Origin: Chiloscyllium plagiosum
Taxonomy: Eukaryota
Length of the DNA: 64,000 nucleotides
Direction of reading: 5' to 3'
NCBI RefSeq assembly: GCF_004010195.1
Contig: NC_057719.1
Span: forward strand, 24,467,465-24,531,464
Shown: positions 50,858-64,000 of the stretch, one piece after another
Layout: each line of letters starts with the position of its first letter
Position numbering within the stretch: the stretch's first letter is position 1
The notes under the pieces: generated by a model
Database searches by the model: none
What the model saw: the letters and a program-made list of their open reading frames with translations, nothing else
Told to the model about the DNA's origin: nothing
Made by a program: the position numbers and the translations under genes

Positions 50858-51113
50858 CGATAAAAGCAAATTACTGTGGATGCTGGAACCTGAAACCAAA
50901 AGAGAAAATGCTGGAAAATCTCAGCAGGTCTGGCAGCATTTGTAAGGACAGAAAAGAGCTGATGTTTCGAGTCTAACTGACCCTTTGTCAAAGCTAGTTT
51001 TGCCAAAGTATAGCTTTGACAAAGGGTCAGTTAGACTTGAAATGTCAGCTCTTTTCTCTCCTTACAGATGCTGCCAGACCTGCTGAGATTTTCCAGCATT
51101 TTCTCTTAGGTTT
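50858..51113. mobile_element. Fold-back PLE-derived element with 13-bp TSD
   Basis: TSD CATAATTAAAGCG at 50845-50857 and 51114-51126; arms of ~95 bp at 50900-50996 and 51011-51107. Confidence 0.85.
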
Positions 51114-53084
51114 CATAATTAAAGCGTGACTAGCAGAGAAAAGTCCATAATTTTATTGCACTACATTTCAGGTTGGAATCAGATCACTTATTCAGTTAAC
51201 AAAGTCAGCTACAGCTTAGCATCCTGCTTCCCAATTTCCTGGTCCATCTCTGAAAAGGAGAATTTCTAGTTGAAGCAATCTCAATGGAAGATAGAATGGC
51301 TGAACTATATATTGATTTCTAGGGTTTAGCAATGCTGCCCTTCAGTTGATCTCTTACCTTGAGGTCCTGTTGTTGCTCTGAAGGATAGCAGTGAAATAAT
51401 GTTTGCCAAGACTGGGATAAGGAAGCTAGACTCTCAAAGAGCAGAAATGAATGTTAGCAGCTAAGGCATTAACAGCAGGAGTATGATCCTTCAAACATGA
51501 AGAAAATGCAAAAAGAGTTTCACAAACCTCAGGAAGGCAGGAAAAGTGAATGCCAAAACACTTTCAGGTGCCAAGAGTTTGGTATGGAGTTTGGTATCTT
51601 GGGGCATAATTTAAACTGATTGGCTGAATTTGAATTTGTTTTTATTGTGTTTCATGGGAACCCAGCTGCTGCTCTTTGTTTTGATCACGTGTTACATTGC
51701 TACCTTGTTCAGGACTCTGTGCTTTGTCAGTCCTTGCTAGCTTTTCAACTCTCTTAAAGGTACAGTGCATCTCTACACCTCTACACTTTCAACCCTGGCA
51801 ACATCTTTGTACATCTTTTCTGGACTCTTTCACAACATCATTCCGACAGCAGGAGACCAGAACTGCATGTAATATTCCAAAAATGGACCAACTAATGTCC
51901 AGTACGGCTGCAACATGACCTCCCAACTTCTATACTCAACACAGTGACTAATCAAGGTATGGCTTTGGTGGCCCTCAGAATCAGCAGGAGCCTCATTTGG
52001 CTCAAATCAGGATTCTAAACCATGAGTAATATCACAAACAACACTGAAATATTGTCAGTTTAAAGATTATTTTACATTAATTCGATTTGGTTGAGCTCAC
52101 CTCCTTAAAAGTATCGAATTAATCACTTCAAACAATGTAGTTCAAACACAGAGATATACCATCAGGCAAGACCAGGAGACTGAGTTAATAAATAATATCA
52201 AGCCTTGTTCAATATCATCAAATCAGATGATACCAGCAACTAAATTCTATTTAACTACAAAAAAACAGCAAAATCCGTTATACTTGCCAGAAATACACGA
52301 CAGAATTCAAATTGAATATTCAATAACTGAGCTTTCAACAGAAAATCTCTTTCTTCCTTGAGACACAAGTGCCTTCAAGTTTTCACACAAACAGAAAAAA
52401 AATTGTTGAGACTGTCAATACCTTTGGATTGATATAAAAACTTCAACACTGATACATTTCATGCCTCATTGCCCCTGTTATCTTGAGAACCTCTAACCAT
52501 GCACATCAAACATGGTGTTTGAAACTTTTATTTAGTAGTCCCTTTGGGATCAATGTATTCTTATTTAAATATTATTGTTAAAACTCAACTCATTAACAAC
52601 TTGGCAATGCTTAATTTATTGGATGTTCACTGTCTGTATAAGTTGACTTAAACATAAAACAATGGAGTATTTTAGACTGACTGCTTTATCTCTTAGAATT
52701 TACATGTGCACCTGTATTTTACAATGCAAAACAACATTAGCTTAGAACCTAGAGGTATCTAGTTTCATTGTATTTGCACAATGTGGATAAATTCCATTTT
52801 AAAACACAAGAAGTTATTAAAATTTGTAAAAATGAATAAAAATACAGTCTTTACTCATTTGTGATTAGTAATTAATACTTAATTAGTCATCTGGTAGTGC
52901 AGAAGTTGAGTAGAGCTGAAAAAAGACAGTTTGTCAAAACTTTTCATCTTGTACTTATAAGGACAACTTGTAAGAATATTGATTCAAGGAGAAAACCAAT
53001 ATATAAACTGTATGAGAGGAGTATGCTGATTGGTTAGCAAGTAGACTTCGATTAATAGATGTGGCGGTGCAAAGAATGCACCAT

Positions 53085-53573
53085 AGAGTCATAGACCTTT
53101 CAGTCCAACTCGCCCATATTCTATATAAATCTAGTCCCATTTTCCAGTATTTGGCCCATATCCCTTCAAACCCTTCCTATTCATACACTCATCCGGATGC
53201 CTTTTAAACATTGTAATCGTACTAGACTCTACCACTTCCTCTGACAGCTTATTCCATACACGCATCACACTCTAAGTGAATAAGTTGCCCCTTAGGTCCC
53301 TATTAAATCTTTCCTCTCTCATCTTAAACCTATTCCCTTTAGTTTTGGACTCCCCAGTGAAACAGCCTTGCCTATTTACTCTTTCCATGTTCCTCATGAT
53401 TTTATAAACCTCTATAAGGTCACCCCTCAGCCTCTAATGCTCCAGGGAAAAGAGCCCCAGTCTATTCAGCCTCTCCCAATAGCTCAAACCATCCAATCTT
53501 GGCAACATCCTCGTAAATCTTTTCTGAACCCTTTCAAGTTTCACAACATCCATTCCATAACAGGGAGACCCAG
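53085..53573 (-). mobile_element. CR1/HER1 LINE 3' fragment
   Basis: Reverse-strand homolog of 10500-11000; CATAGAGTCATAGA tail. Confidence 0.85.
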
Positions 53574-53901
53574 TAATTTCTTACTGTATATTATGCAAAT
53601 GCATCTAAGTCCTTAAATTGGTCACTCTTGGACCTGAACAGTACCCATTTTGCCACAGATCTCAAAGGCCGGAGTAATAGATGGAGCTGGCTGTTTGATG
53701 CTGCTACTATACAGCAGCAATGTAAGTGGTGCTCGGCACTAACAGGATGCTGCTAAAAGGACATTCTACCTGTCACACAAATGAGTAGTGCATGAATTTG
53801 AGTGAGTGTCATGCCTGGTACACAGGCTGCATATCTGAAAGATTGGTGGATCAAATCCAAACAACATGTCCATTTAGATGTTTGCCCTAAGCAGGTTACT
53901 G

Positions 53902-54504
53902 ACTGCGACCACTAGGACTTATAAAAGCACACAAACCAACAGCCACACTCAGACAACAACTCACCAGAACGAAGGACCCGATACCCAGCATGAGCAAAAC
54001 TAATGTAGTGTACAAAATCCCATGCAAGGACTGCACAAAACACTATATAGGACAAACAGGAAGACAGCTAACGATCCGCATCCACGAATATCAACTAGCC
54101 ACGAAACGACACGACCAGCTATCCCTAGTAGCCACACACGCAGACGACAAGCAACATGAATTTAACTGGGACAACACTACCATTATAGGGCAAGCAAAAC
54201 AAAGAACAGCCAGGGAATTCCTAGAAGCATGGCACTCATCCACAAACTCCATCAACAAACACATCGACCTGGACCCAATATACCGGCCACTACAGCGGAC
54301 AGCTGAAACTGACAACCGGAAGCGGCAGGGACAGGCCACTATAAATGCCGGAGGAAACACCACAGAAGCGCTTCACAGGAGGCTCCCAAGCACTGAGGAT
54401 GTCACCTAGACAGGGGACGAAACGTTTGCAACAAAAACTTCCAGCTCGGCGAACAGAACCACAGCAACGAGCACCCGAGCTACAAATCTTCACCCAAACT
54501 TTGA
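53902..54504 (+). mobile_element. Penelope-like retroelement 3' portion with GIY-YIG endonuclease
   Basis: LRPLGL..AHKPTATLRQQL..KDP..NVVYKIPCKDCTKHYIGQTGRQLTIRIHEY...REFLEAWH; reading frame open to 54409. Confidence 0.92.
54390..54429 (+). ncRNA. Minimal hammerhead ribozyme motif in PLE terminal repeat
   Basis: GCA-CTGAGGA-T-GTC(ACCTAGACAGGG)GAC-GAAA-CG-TT-TGC; stem I GCA/TGC, AACGTT palindrome. Confidence 0.72.
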
Positions 54505-54539
54505 AGTTCATTCTGCCTATTTTCTGTTTGATGTAAATG

Positions 54540-54853
54540 ATTAGATTAGATTTCCTACAGTGTGGAAACAGGCCCTTCGGCCCAACAAGTCCAAACTGAC
54601 CCTGCGAAGAGCAACCCACCCAGACCCATTCCCCCCTGACTAATGCACCTAACACTACAGGCAATTTAGCATGGCCAATTCACCTAATATGCACATCTTT
54701 GGACTGTGGGAGGAAACCGGAACATCCTGAGGAAACCCACGCAGACATGGGGAGAATGTGCAAACTCCACACAGACAGTTGCCCGAGGTGGGAATTGAAC
54801 CCAGGTCCCTGGCACTGTGAGGCAGCTGTGCTAACCACTGAGCCACCGTGTCA
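54540..54853 (-). mobile_element. HE1-like SINE
   Basis: Full head, V-domain and tail. Confidence 0.9.
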
Positions 54854-55267
54854 CCCTCATATGGAAAACAGACAACAAATTTGTTGGTGGAGGCAACATA
54901 CAGCACATGAAGTTCATGGCTTCCTTCATCCCTAGAAGTGTAAGATTCAAAGTAAGTAAATGTGCGATTAATGGCCTCCACTGCACTGAATAAGGGAGTG
55001 TCAGATTTCAATACTTGAATGCTGTTTAGATCTCTTTCTGGATAGCACATGCAGAAATATCGAATGAGGAAAAGATTAGGCTGTTCAGTGCTGCTAACTT
55101 TCATTAAATCATCTGCTTTTATTTGGCATTCGGTCTTACGGATGAAAATGGCAACTCAGTGAGGCACCAGAGAGCATCAATGGCACCTGCAAAACATATT
55201 TTATAAGAACCAATATTTTCAAAAGTGAAATGGGAACCTTGGAGGTAGAAGTAGAAATAAGAGAGCC

Positions 55268-55398
55268 GTTCCTGAGGAAGGGGTGTTGCCCAAAATGTTG
55301 ATTCTGCTGCTTCTTGAATGCTGCCTGACCTGCTGAGCTTTTCCAGTACCACACTCTCAACTCTATTCTCCAGCGTCTGCAGTCCTCACTTTCATCTA
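55268..55398 (+). mobile_element. PLE terminal-repeat fragment
   Basis: CCTGAGGAAGGGGTGTTGCCCAAAATGTTGATTC...TCTGCAGTCCTCACTTTC. Confidence 0.7.
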
Positions 55399-55489
55399 AA
55401 GAGAGCATTTGGTCCATTGGGCCCTTATTAGCTGTTTGACAGAGCCATTTAACTTAGTCCATACACCAACAGATAAAAACTTCTAATAA

Positions 55490-55781
55490 TTAGATTAGCT
55501 TACTTACAGTGTGGAAACAGGCCCTTCGACCCAACAAGTCCACACCGACCCACTGAGACCCATTCCCCTACACCTAACACTACGGGCAATTTAGCATAGC
55601 CAATTCACCTAACCTGCACACTTTTGGAATGTGGGTGGAAACCAGAGCACCCGGAGGAAACCCACGCAGACACAGGGAGAATGTGCAAACTCCACACAGA
55701 GAGTCGCCTGAGGCAGGAATTGAATCCAGGTCTCTGGCGCTGTGAGGCAGCAGTGCTAACCACTGTGTCACCGTGCTGCCC
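55490..55781 (-). mobile_element. HE1-like SINE
   Basis: Head GGGCAGCACGGTGACACAGTGGTTAGC on the minus strand; TTAGA tail. Confidence 0.9.
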
Positions 55782-56399
55782 ACAATAATAGCCAAATATG
55801 TGGGAAACTATTGTGCACTTCTCTCTAGACAAAAAGGCATTCAATAGTCATTACTTTGTGCCATCTATTCCTTCACCAATTATGTATCCAAACTACAATT
55901 TTTTACTCTGATTTGCTTCATTTTTTAAAAATGCGTTTGTTAATTGATATTTGCTTTCACTGTTATTTCATCAAACAGCTTAATCAGCTTACCTAGACAC
56001 AATTTGGCTGAAGTAAATTGGGTTGGTTATCGCATATTAATCCATGATCTGAGTGAAAATTTATTTTGACCTTGACAATAGGTGTATTAGTCTTGCAAGA
56101 GCTGATAAAAAATCAATAGGTCTTTAGTTACCATAGTTAACCCTTGGCATTTTTTGCAGCATTTGAAATTGGTCATGCCTCTTGGATGTTTCTATATTGA
56201 AGAGGTATGAAAAAAGAATATGATAAGAGTGCTGCTAACGCCACTCTTCCATAAACAACAAAGGATACATCAGATTTGGACGTGGGAGTTGTTTGACTTT
56301 CAATATTGCTGATCTATTGAGCATTCTGTTTCTATACATTGTTGTTATATCTAGTATCTCCAGTTTCCTCTCTTCTAACTCTGACTTAAAGTTCATCCT

Positions 56400-57430
56400 T
56401 TTTCTTTTATGAAAGTACTCAGATCAGACAAGCCCTCTGCCTTCATCAGACATCCTTTATTGCTGCTACTTGACTCTACCATTTCTTTAATTTTTTTATC
56501 CTCATAAAAGATTTTGTTTTTGTTACATTAGCTGCTAATCTTGCCCATATTTTCTCTTTGTCTGTCCTCCTGTTTTCTGGCTGATTTTCTATGGCATTTA
56601 TAATCTGATAATTGTCAAAAATTTGGTTTTTTTTCATGCTTTTCAGACACTCTTTACAATTCCTAAATATTTCCTTTATCATCCTAAGAGCTTGAGATCT
56701 GCTCGTCCTCCTTATGCCAATATATCTAACTTTTACATATGGTATCTCCACCCTGAAGGCCTGCTATTTATTGTTTACTGTTTACCTGGACAATCTTTGT
56801 TTCTAGCCCAACCAAGTCAAACATGGAAGTTGGTTATTTTTGACCTTATTTTTTTCCTTTGCTTTCTTCTATAATAACTTTGAATGAATTCTATTACGAT
56901 CACTATTACCCAGATGTGCTCCTACTTAAATACACTCCATGTCCCTTACCTAATTCACCAGACAAACTTCAGCACCGTTCCTTTTTTCTTTAGGATAAAA
57001 GCATACTGATTAAGGAAGTTCTAATGTATCTATTTTAGGCATTCTTCTCTCTCCTTGGCCTTATGCATTTTTTCCTTTAGGTTCATACTAGGGTAATCAA
57101 AGTTCCATTCTATTACTGTTCTTTCATTGTCATTTCTTTTAAGTATTTGTATCTATATCTCAGAATTTGGTTCTCAGTAGTGTAGCAGCTTCTTTTCAAT
57201 TTCTTAATAGTAAATGAACAGATTTAGTTTTTGAATCTGCTGCAGAATGGTAATACTATCCTTAATCATTATTGTCATACTCTTTGGTTTTTCTTTTTGC
57301 TTCTCTATCCCTGTTGAATGCATTGTTGTCCCAAGTATTTAATTCACAGTCCTGTCCAAAGTCTCCTATTGGCCACAATGTCATAATTTGTGCACACCAT
57401 CAATCATATTTGTAATGTTGCTTAACATAC
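56400..57430 (-). mobile_element. Highly decayed CR1-like ORF2 (endonuclease/tether region)
   Basis: Relic motifs like DFDYPSMN, FLNQY and DSDRN on the minus strand. Confidence 0.4.
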
Positions 57431-57589
57431 ATTCATTCCAATGACAGTATATTCAGTTTTTCTCTTTTCTGTAAATAATTTGTATACTTTTAAAATAGGT
57501 AACAGGAAAAGTTTCACCACCCCGCACTCAAATGTTTCTTATTTGTTTATTCCTGAGAATCACCCTTAAAATTGCCCATGAGATCTAAT

Positions 57590-57830
57590 AATAACTTGCA
57601 ATTACATATCACATTTAACATGGCAAAACATCCAAGACTGGTTCACAGGAGAGTCATCAAATAAAATTTGACACCAAACTACATAAGGACACATTAAGAT
57701 AGATAATCAAATAGCTTGGTGAAAGAGATAAGTTTTAAAAGATACTATTAAAGGAAGAGAGTTGGAGAGACAGACAGGTTTGGGTGGAAATTACAGAGCT
57801 CAGGGTTTAGGCAGCTGAAAGCACCAGATG
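57590..57830 (-). mobile_element. L2-type LINE/SINE 3' end
   Basis: ACTTGCAATTACATATCACATTTAAC...GGCAGCTGAAAGCAC; similar piece at 44715-44810. Confidence 0.45.
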
Positions 57831-58540
57831 GAGATCTGAGACCAGAAGCTTGGGAAAGATGTCGGAAAATTCCCGTGTCTTTCTGCCGACAACAAGAGGG
57901 CTGTCTATCATTGCTTTTCAAAACTAGGGATTTAACATTACATTTGCATAACAGTTCCCATCATAGACACTCAGGATGATTCTGACCCCTTCCCCCCTCA
58001 CCTTCATTTACCACATGTCATGAATGACTGACAGGTTCCACAGAAAGTTGCTTGAGACCTAGCTTTTTTGTTCGATTCACAAAACACTTCTTCTCGAAAA
58101 CCAAAAAGAATTTTAAAGAAATACAACTTTTTGGTATCAAAACAGGCAAGTCTCATTCAGAGAGGCTACAAATGTGAGGATAGTAGTAGATTCTGACACT
58201 TTTCCCAAGGAGCTATTGGAGCTGGAACCAGACAGCTGTGTTATGTATCTTGCTGTACTCAACCTGTGAATGCATTAACAAATGAAATGCTCATCAGTTC
58301 TACAGAATTGACATCACTCTCCTGGGTGAACACAAATGATATTCAACAATAAATGTAGTTAACAAAAAAATCAAGAACCTTGTGGATAATTCTGCATTGG
58401 GTTAAAAATATGTATGTAGCTGCATGGCTTAAAAATACTTGTGAGCATTTATTTTTGATCTGTGTATAAATATAAAAAATCTGCTCAATCTAGCACTGTA
58501 CATATTTACATTGAAAATTAAAATGTTTAAATAAACTGCC

Positions 58541-60700
58541 TTAGAACATAGAACATTACAGCGCAGTACAGGCCCTTTGGCCCTCGATGGTGCACTAACC
58601 TGTGAAACTAATCTGAAGCCCATCAAACCTACACTATTCCATTATCATTCATACAGTTATCCAATGACCATTTAAATGCCCTTAAAGTTGGCGAGTCTAC
58701 TACTGTTGCAGGCTGGGTATTTCACGCCCTTACTACTCTCTGAGTAAAGAAACTACCTCTGACATCTGTCCTATATCTATCACCACTCAATTTAAAGCTG
58801 TGCCTCCTCGTGCGAGCCATAATCATCCGAGGAAAAAGGCTCTCACTGTCCACCCTATCTAATCCTCTGATCATCTTGTATGTCTCTATTAAGTCACCTC
58901 TTAACCTTCTAATGAAAACAGACTCAAGTCCCTTAGCCTTTCCTCATAAGACCTTCCCTCCATACCTGGGAACATCCTGGTAAAGCTCCTCTGAACCCTT
59001 TCGAATGCTTCCACATCCTTCCTATAATGCGGCAACCACAACTGTACACAACACTCCAAGTCCGGCTGCACCCAGTACAGCTGAAACATGACCTCATGGC
59101 TCTGAAACTCAATCCCTCTACCAATAAAAGCCAACACACCATACACCTTCTTAACAACTCTATCAATCTGGATGGCAACTTTCAGGAATCTATGCACATG
59201 GACACAGAGATCTCTGTGTTCATCCACATGACCAAGAATCTTGCCCTTAGCCCAGTAGTCTGTCTTCATATTACTCCTTCCAAAGTGAATCACCTCATAC
59301 TTTTCCGTACTAAATGCCATTTGCCATCTCTCATCCCAGCTCTGCAGCTTAGCTATGTCCCTGTGTAACCTGCAACATCCTTCCTCACTGTCCATAACTC
59401 CACCGACTTTATTGTCATCTGCAAATTTACTAACCTCAACCAGGTCATTTATAAAAATGACCAAAAGCAGTGGCCCAAAACAAATCCTTGTGGTACCCCA
59501 CTAGTAACTGAACTCCAGGATGAACATTTCCCATCAACCACCACCCTCTGTCTTCTTTCAGCTAGCCAATTTCTGATCCAAATCACTAAACCACCCTCAA
59601 TCCTATACCTCTGTATTTTCTGCAATAGCCTACCATGGGGAACCTTATCAAACGCTTTCCTGAAATCCATATACACCATATCAACTGCTTTATCCTCATC
59701 CATCTCTTTGGTCACCTTCTAAAGAATTCAATAAGGTTTGGGAGGCATGACCTATCCTTCACAAAACCGTGTTGACTATCCCTAATCAAATTATTCCTTT
59801 CTAGATGATTATAAATCTTATCTCTTATAAACCTTTCCAAATCTTTACCCACAACCGAAGTAAAGCTGACTGGTCTATAATTACCAGGGTTGTTTCTACT
59901 TCCCTTCTGAACAAGGGGACAACATTTGCTATCCTCCAGTCTTCTGGCACTCTTCCTGTAGACAATGACAACATAAAGATCAAAGCGGAAGGCTCTGCAA
60001 TCTCCTCCCTATCTTCCCAGAGAATCCTAGGATAAATCCCACCTGGCCTGGGGACTTATCTATTTTCACACTTTTAAGAATCGCTAACACTTCCTCCTTA
60101 TGAACCTCAATCCCGTCGTGTCTAATAGCTCAGTATTCTCCTCGGCAACATTGTCCAGTGTGAATACTGATGAAAAATATTCATTTCGCACCTCTCCTAT
60201 CTCTTTGGACTCCACGCAAAACTTCCCACTATTACCCTTGACAGGCCCTATTCTTAGGAGAAAGTGAGGAATGCAGGTGCTGGAGATCAGAGCTGAGAGT
60301 GTGGTGCTATAAAGCCATAGCAGGTCAAGCAGCATCCTCTGATTCTCCAGCTCCTCAGATGCTGCCTGACCTGCTGTGTCTTTCCAGGCCCAACTCTTAC
60401 TCTAGTCATTCTTTTATTCCTGACACAGCTATAGAAAGCTTTAGGGTTTTCCTTGATCCTACCTGCCAAAGACTTCTCATGTCTTCTTTGCTGTCTCTTT
60501 AGGTCCTTCCTGGCTAACTTGTAACACTCAAGCAACCTAACTGAGCCTTCACATCTCATCTTTACGTATGCCTCCTTCTTCCTCTTGGCAAGAGATTCAA
60601 CTTCTTTAGTAAACCACGGTTCCCTCGCTCGACCACTTCCTTCCTGCCTGACAGGTACATACTTATCCTAGAATCCATGGTTCCCTTGCTTGTCCACTTC
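58541..60700 (-). mobile_element. CR1/HER1-type LINE (RT domain, broken)
   Basis: YMDFRKAFDKVPHGRLL, SGVPQG, SKFADD, NPKAFYSCVRNKR; tail (TAGAACA)n. Confidence 0.92.
60257..60384. mobile_element. Inverted-join PLE-derived element nested in CR1
   Basis: Imperfect 15-bp TSD CAGGCCCTATTCTTA / CAGGCCCAACTCTTA. Confidence 0.75.
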
Positions 60701-62544
60701 CTTTCCCTACTTGGAACTTGTTCACCTTAGCTTTGCTGTAAACTTCAATTATACACCCATCATGAAGACTAAGACCACTTAATATAGATGGTTTGTAGAC
60801 TTTAGAGTTATTTGGATGATTATGCATCCAAAATAATCTTGCATTTGCCCAAAGGCAATAGTATCACTTCTCACTAACAGCCAGCAAACTGATTATGTCA
60901 TTACTTGCTAATCATGAGTAATCTTTCTCAAGCAGTTGTTGCTTTCTGGAAATAAAAGGATGAAAATGAATCATTATTATGAATTCAAGTCTGGGCATGA
61001 CACCATCTTGAAATTATTTTAAGAAATTCTAATGTGCTAGTATCAAATTCATTCACTGTTGATTTAATGGAGGTGTTAATCTTGTTAAAAGCAATTGACA
61101 TAATACCTTTGTTAAAATGATAGACAGGATACATTAAATCGCAGTGCATTAAGCATGCAAATGTCATTTCTATGCTAATAATTACATGTCACTCTTTCTT
61201 CATAATATGAAATTCACTGGATTTTAAGTTATTTTGTCTCTTCTATTAGGTCAAAGATGCTATCTTTATTTTTAGACAATATGACCTATATGCTCATATT
61301 TCTCTTTGAAATACCAAGTGTTTACATTTCTTTACAAATATCAAGAGTATTAAACGAATTTTTTAAAGTTAAACTACTTGTAACATGTGACTCAAAGTTA
61401 GAGAATCTGTGAACCTACCTTAGAACATTAACGAAACCTGATCAAATATTCCAAAGGTTGACATAGCCTCCAAAATATTGACGACCAAACATCACCAAGG
61501 ACTTATCTATTACATGCAATTACAGCTTGGTACAATGGGATGTGGTTTGTTATAATTTGAACAGTAAGTACAACCAATATCCTATTCATTGATTGTAGGG
61601 ACAATCCAGAAGAACACAAAAGCTTAATGTGTAACAATAAAAGAGTTAGTGGTTTCTTAAGGGGATTGTCAAGAGAAACTTATAGATCAGAGTGGTCAGG
61701 GAGCATTTGCTGTCACTTATAATTTTGAGTTCTTTTATCAACATTATATCTACAAGTCATGTGTTCATTATTTTGTTCTATGAAGAGAATCACTTAATTT
61801 TAGAATTCAGTGATATGTGTGCACAATTATACAATGTCTCTAGATTCTCAGTACTTCCTGTAAAGAAATTTCAAAATGATAGTTCAACTGCCTTAACTAG
61901 TGAATAAAAGAAACATAAGAAGCAGATCCTATGTTCCATACCTGGTCTATGTTGTTCAACAAGAATTGCCCCTTCAGAACAGGTGGTAAAGAGGGTAACT
62001 GTCAAGACAAAATGGTAAAAAAAAAACTGGCTGTTCATATATAAAAAAGAAAATTATTGGTAAATTACCTTTGGAATTTTCTACAGTCAATTGATGAAGG
62101 TTTTTTAATATGTAAAAAAATGACACTTCAGAAGCTTGCTCTATTAGGCCACCTACTGGCTACAACTATACTGTCACAGACAACTGCAAAATTAAATGGG
62201 AAATGTTGACATAGCAAATTATAATGAAATGGAAAAGTGTTCAGAAAACTCATGAAAACTGGAAGTAGCAGATTTACTTATGATAAGCACATTAATGTGT
62301 TGCCCATAAGGAATTCTCCAAGAGTTTATCTTATAATGCATACACCACAGATAATACTTCAACGCATTTTAAATTGACTCTAACAATTATTTAAACATAT
62401 TTTAATTATTTATGTCATTAAAAAAATCCATGTATATGATTTCATCAGGAACTTCATGAGACACCTTCTTTTCGCTTTTTCATATTGGCAGGAAAATGTT
62501 ACAAATACTGACCAACTTGGTTGGGTTATCGAAAACTGGACATA

Positions 62545-62690
62545 GCACATAGAACAGTACAGTACAGGCCCCTCGGCCCTTGATGTTGTGCCGAGCTTTT
62601 ACCCTACTCTAAGATCAAACAAACCTACATAACCTTCATTTTACCCTCAACTGTGTGCCGATCCAAGAGTCGCTTAAACGTTCCTATAGC
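62545..62690 (-). mobile_element. CR1 3' tail fragment
   Basis: CATAGAACAGTACAGTACAGGCCCTCGGCCC, like 58548-58590. Confidence 0.7.
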
Positions 62691-62976
62691 ATCCATGTAG
62701 TTTGAACATTGCTCATTCTTCAACTAATTTGTGTATTTACTGGCATTTAAAACACCTGGTCATTTGTTCGCCACAGCTTAATTTAGCCATATCACATATG
62801 CAATATGTCTGTGGGCTGTAATGTGGATACTTGTGATTGTGTAAGGTATATCATTCTTGTATTGACTGTATAAAGTTAAATTTACACTTTCATCTCATTT
62901 GACTTAATGTCTGTCTGTTAATTTTTGTTTATTTTGATTCTGATTTGTGTTAAAGTAGAAGTTACTAGAAGTGAAA

Positions 62977-63256
62977 TTAGAATCCCTAGAGTGCAGATAG
63001 AGGCCATTTGGCCCATCAATTCTGTACCAACCCTCCAAAGAGCATTCACCCAGACCCACCCCCCATTTATCGTGGCTAATCCACTTAGCATGCACATCTT
63101 TGGACTGTGGGAGGAAACTGGATCACCTGGCAGAAACCCATACAGACATGGGGAGTACATGCCAACTCCACACAGATAGTCATCCAAGGTTAGAATTGAA
63201 TCCAGATCACTAGCACTGTGAGGCAGCAGTGCTAACCACTGTGCCACTCTGCCACC
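62977..63256 (-). mobile_element. HE1-like SINE (diverged)
   Basis: Head and V-domain on the minus strand. Confidence 0.88.
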
Positions 63257-64000
63257 CCAATTTGGTGGCAAATTCTTCATTTGGCCATTCTGTAAATTTG
63301 ATTATTTTTAGTTTACAAATCTCTCACTAGATTTGTAACAAATCTTCACTGCCACTAAAAGAAGCATAAAATGTCAAATTTCCATGAGGACACCCCTCCA
63401 CAGACACCTATTTTACAAGGTTATATCACTTGGAAAGGAGAACACCATTTCAATTGCTGTATCTCAATTGTAATTGTAAAAACCATTACATATATTGGAC
63501 ACAAATACATGCAAAACAAATTTAATCATGAAAACCATGCAGTGTTTGATATTGCATTAACTCTCCAAAGGGTGTTTGGTGATTTCAGTTTCTAAAGAAC
63601 AGTATTCTAATTTTCAATCAAAGCAATGGTAATTTGAATCTCAGAAGAGGGATTTGTCCTTTGCACATATATACATACAGGATATCTTAGTGGCATTTCT
63701 TCTCAGTTTACTTAGTCCAAGAACTCCCCAGATACAATTACTATCTATAATTTGTCAGCAGATATGATGTTCAATAATATTTGTCACCACTAAAATGTCA
63801 CTATCTAAGTGTTCTATTGTCCAACCATGATGATAAATACTGCTAAAACAGAACTTACAGTAATCTTTAAGAAAAACTAAAGCTGTTGAGATTTAGTAGC
63901 TTGAGTCATAATAAGAAGGTTTTGTTGTTTTTTTTCTGGGATAAAAAGCTTAAAGAAATGAGGAACACATACTGTTTTGGAGAAAATTATTAATGTAAAT

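Noticed and set aside
52288..52373. Possible minus-strand exon (HLCLKEERDFLLKAQLL...)
   Set aside because: Requires a GC donor and has no recognisable homology

Overview
Eukaryotic, AT-rich, repeat-dense genomic DNA, almost certainly from a cartilaginous fish (shark): it carries many HE1-type V-SINEs and CR1/HER1-type LINEs. No host protein-coding gene could be confidently recognised, so the window looks intronic or intergenic, with one N gap (9667-10217). Contents: about 10 HE1 SINEs; many CR1 fragments; two related L1-clade elements (one 5'-intact and 3'-truncated, one TSD-flanked 2.5-kb copy lacking almost all of ORF2); Penelope-like (PLE) GIY-YIG fragments and short fold-back PLE terminal-repeat elements with 9-16 bp TSDs; a decayed PIF/Harbinger transposase with probable Myb/SANT partner relics; a SCAN-gag Gypsy relic; an RTE relic; Tigger-like MITEs. 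Most notable: (1) minimal hammerhead-ribozyme cores in PLE terminal repeats (intact at 6197-6231 and 54390-54429, decayed in several fold-back elements); (2) the ORF1-only L1 whose ORF2 deletion breakpoint falls at a GT, possibly splice-derived; (3) two long unexplained inverted-repeat pairs at 21.1-22.0 kb and 23.6-24.4 kb; (4) enhancer-like Pbx-Hox/Meis motif clusters. Family names come from motif recognition by eye, not from database searches, and boundaries of old repeats are approximate.
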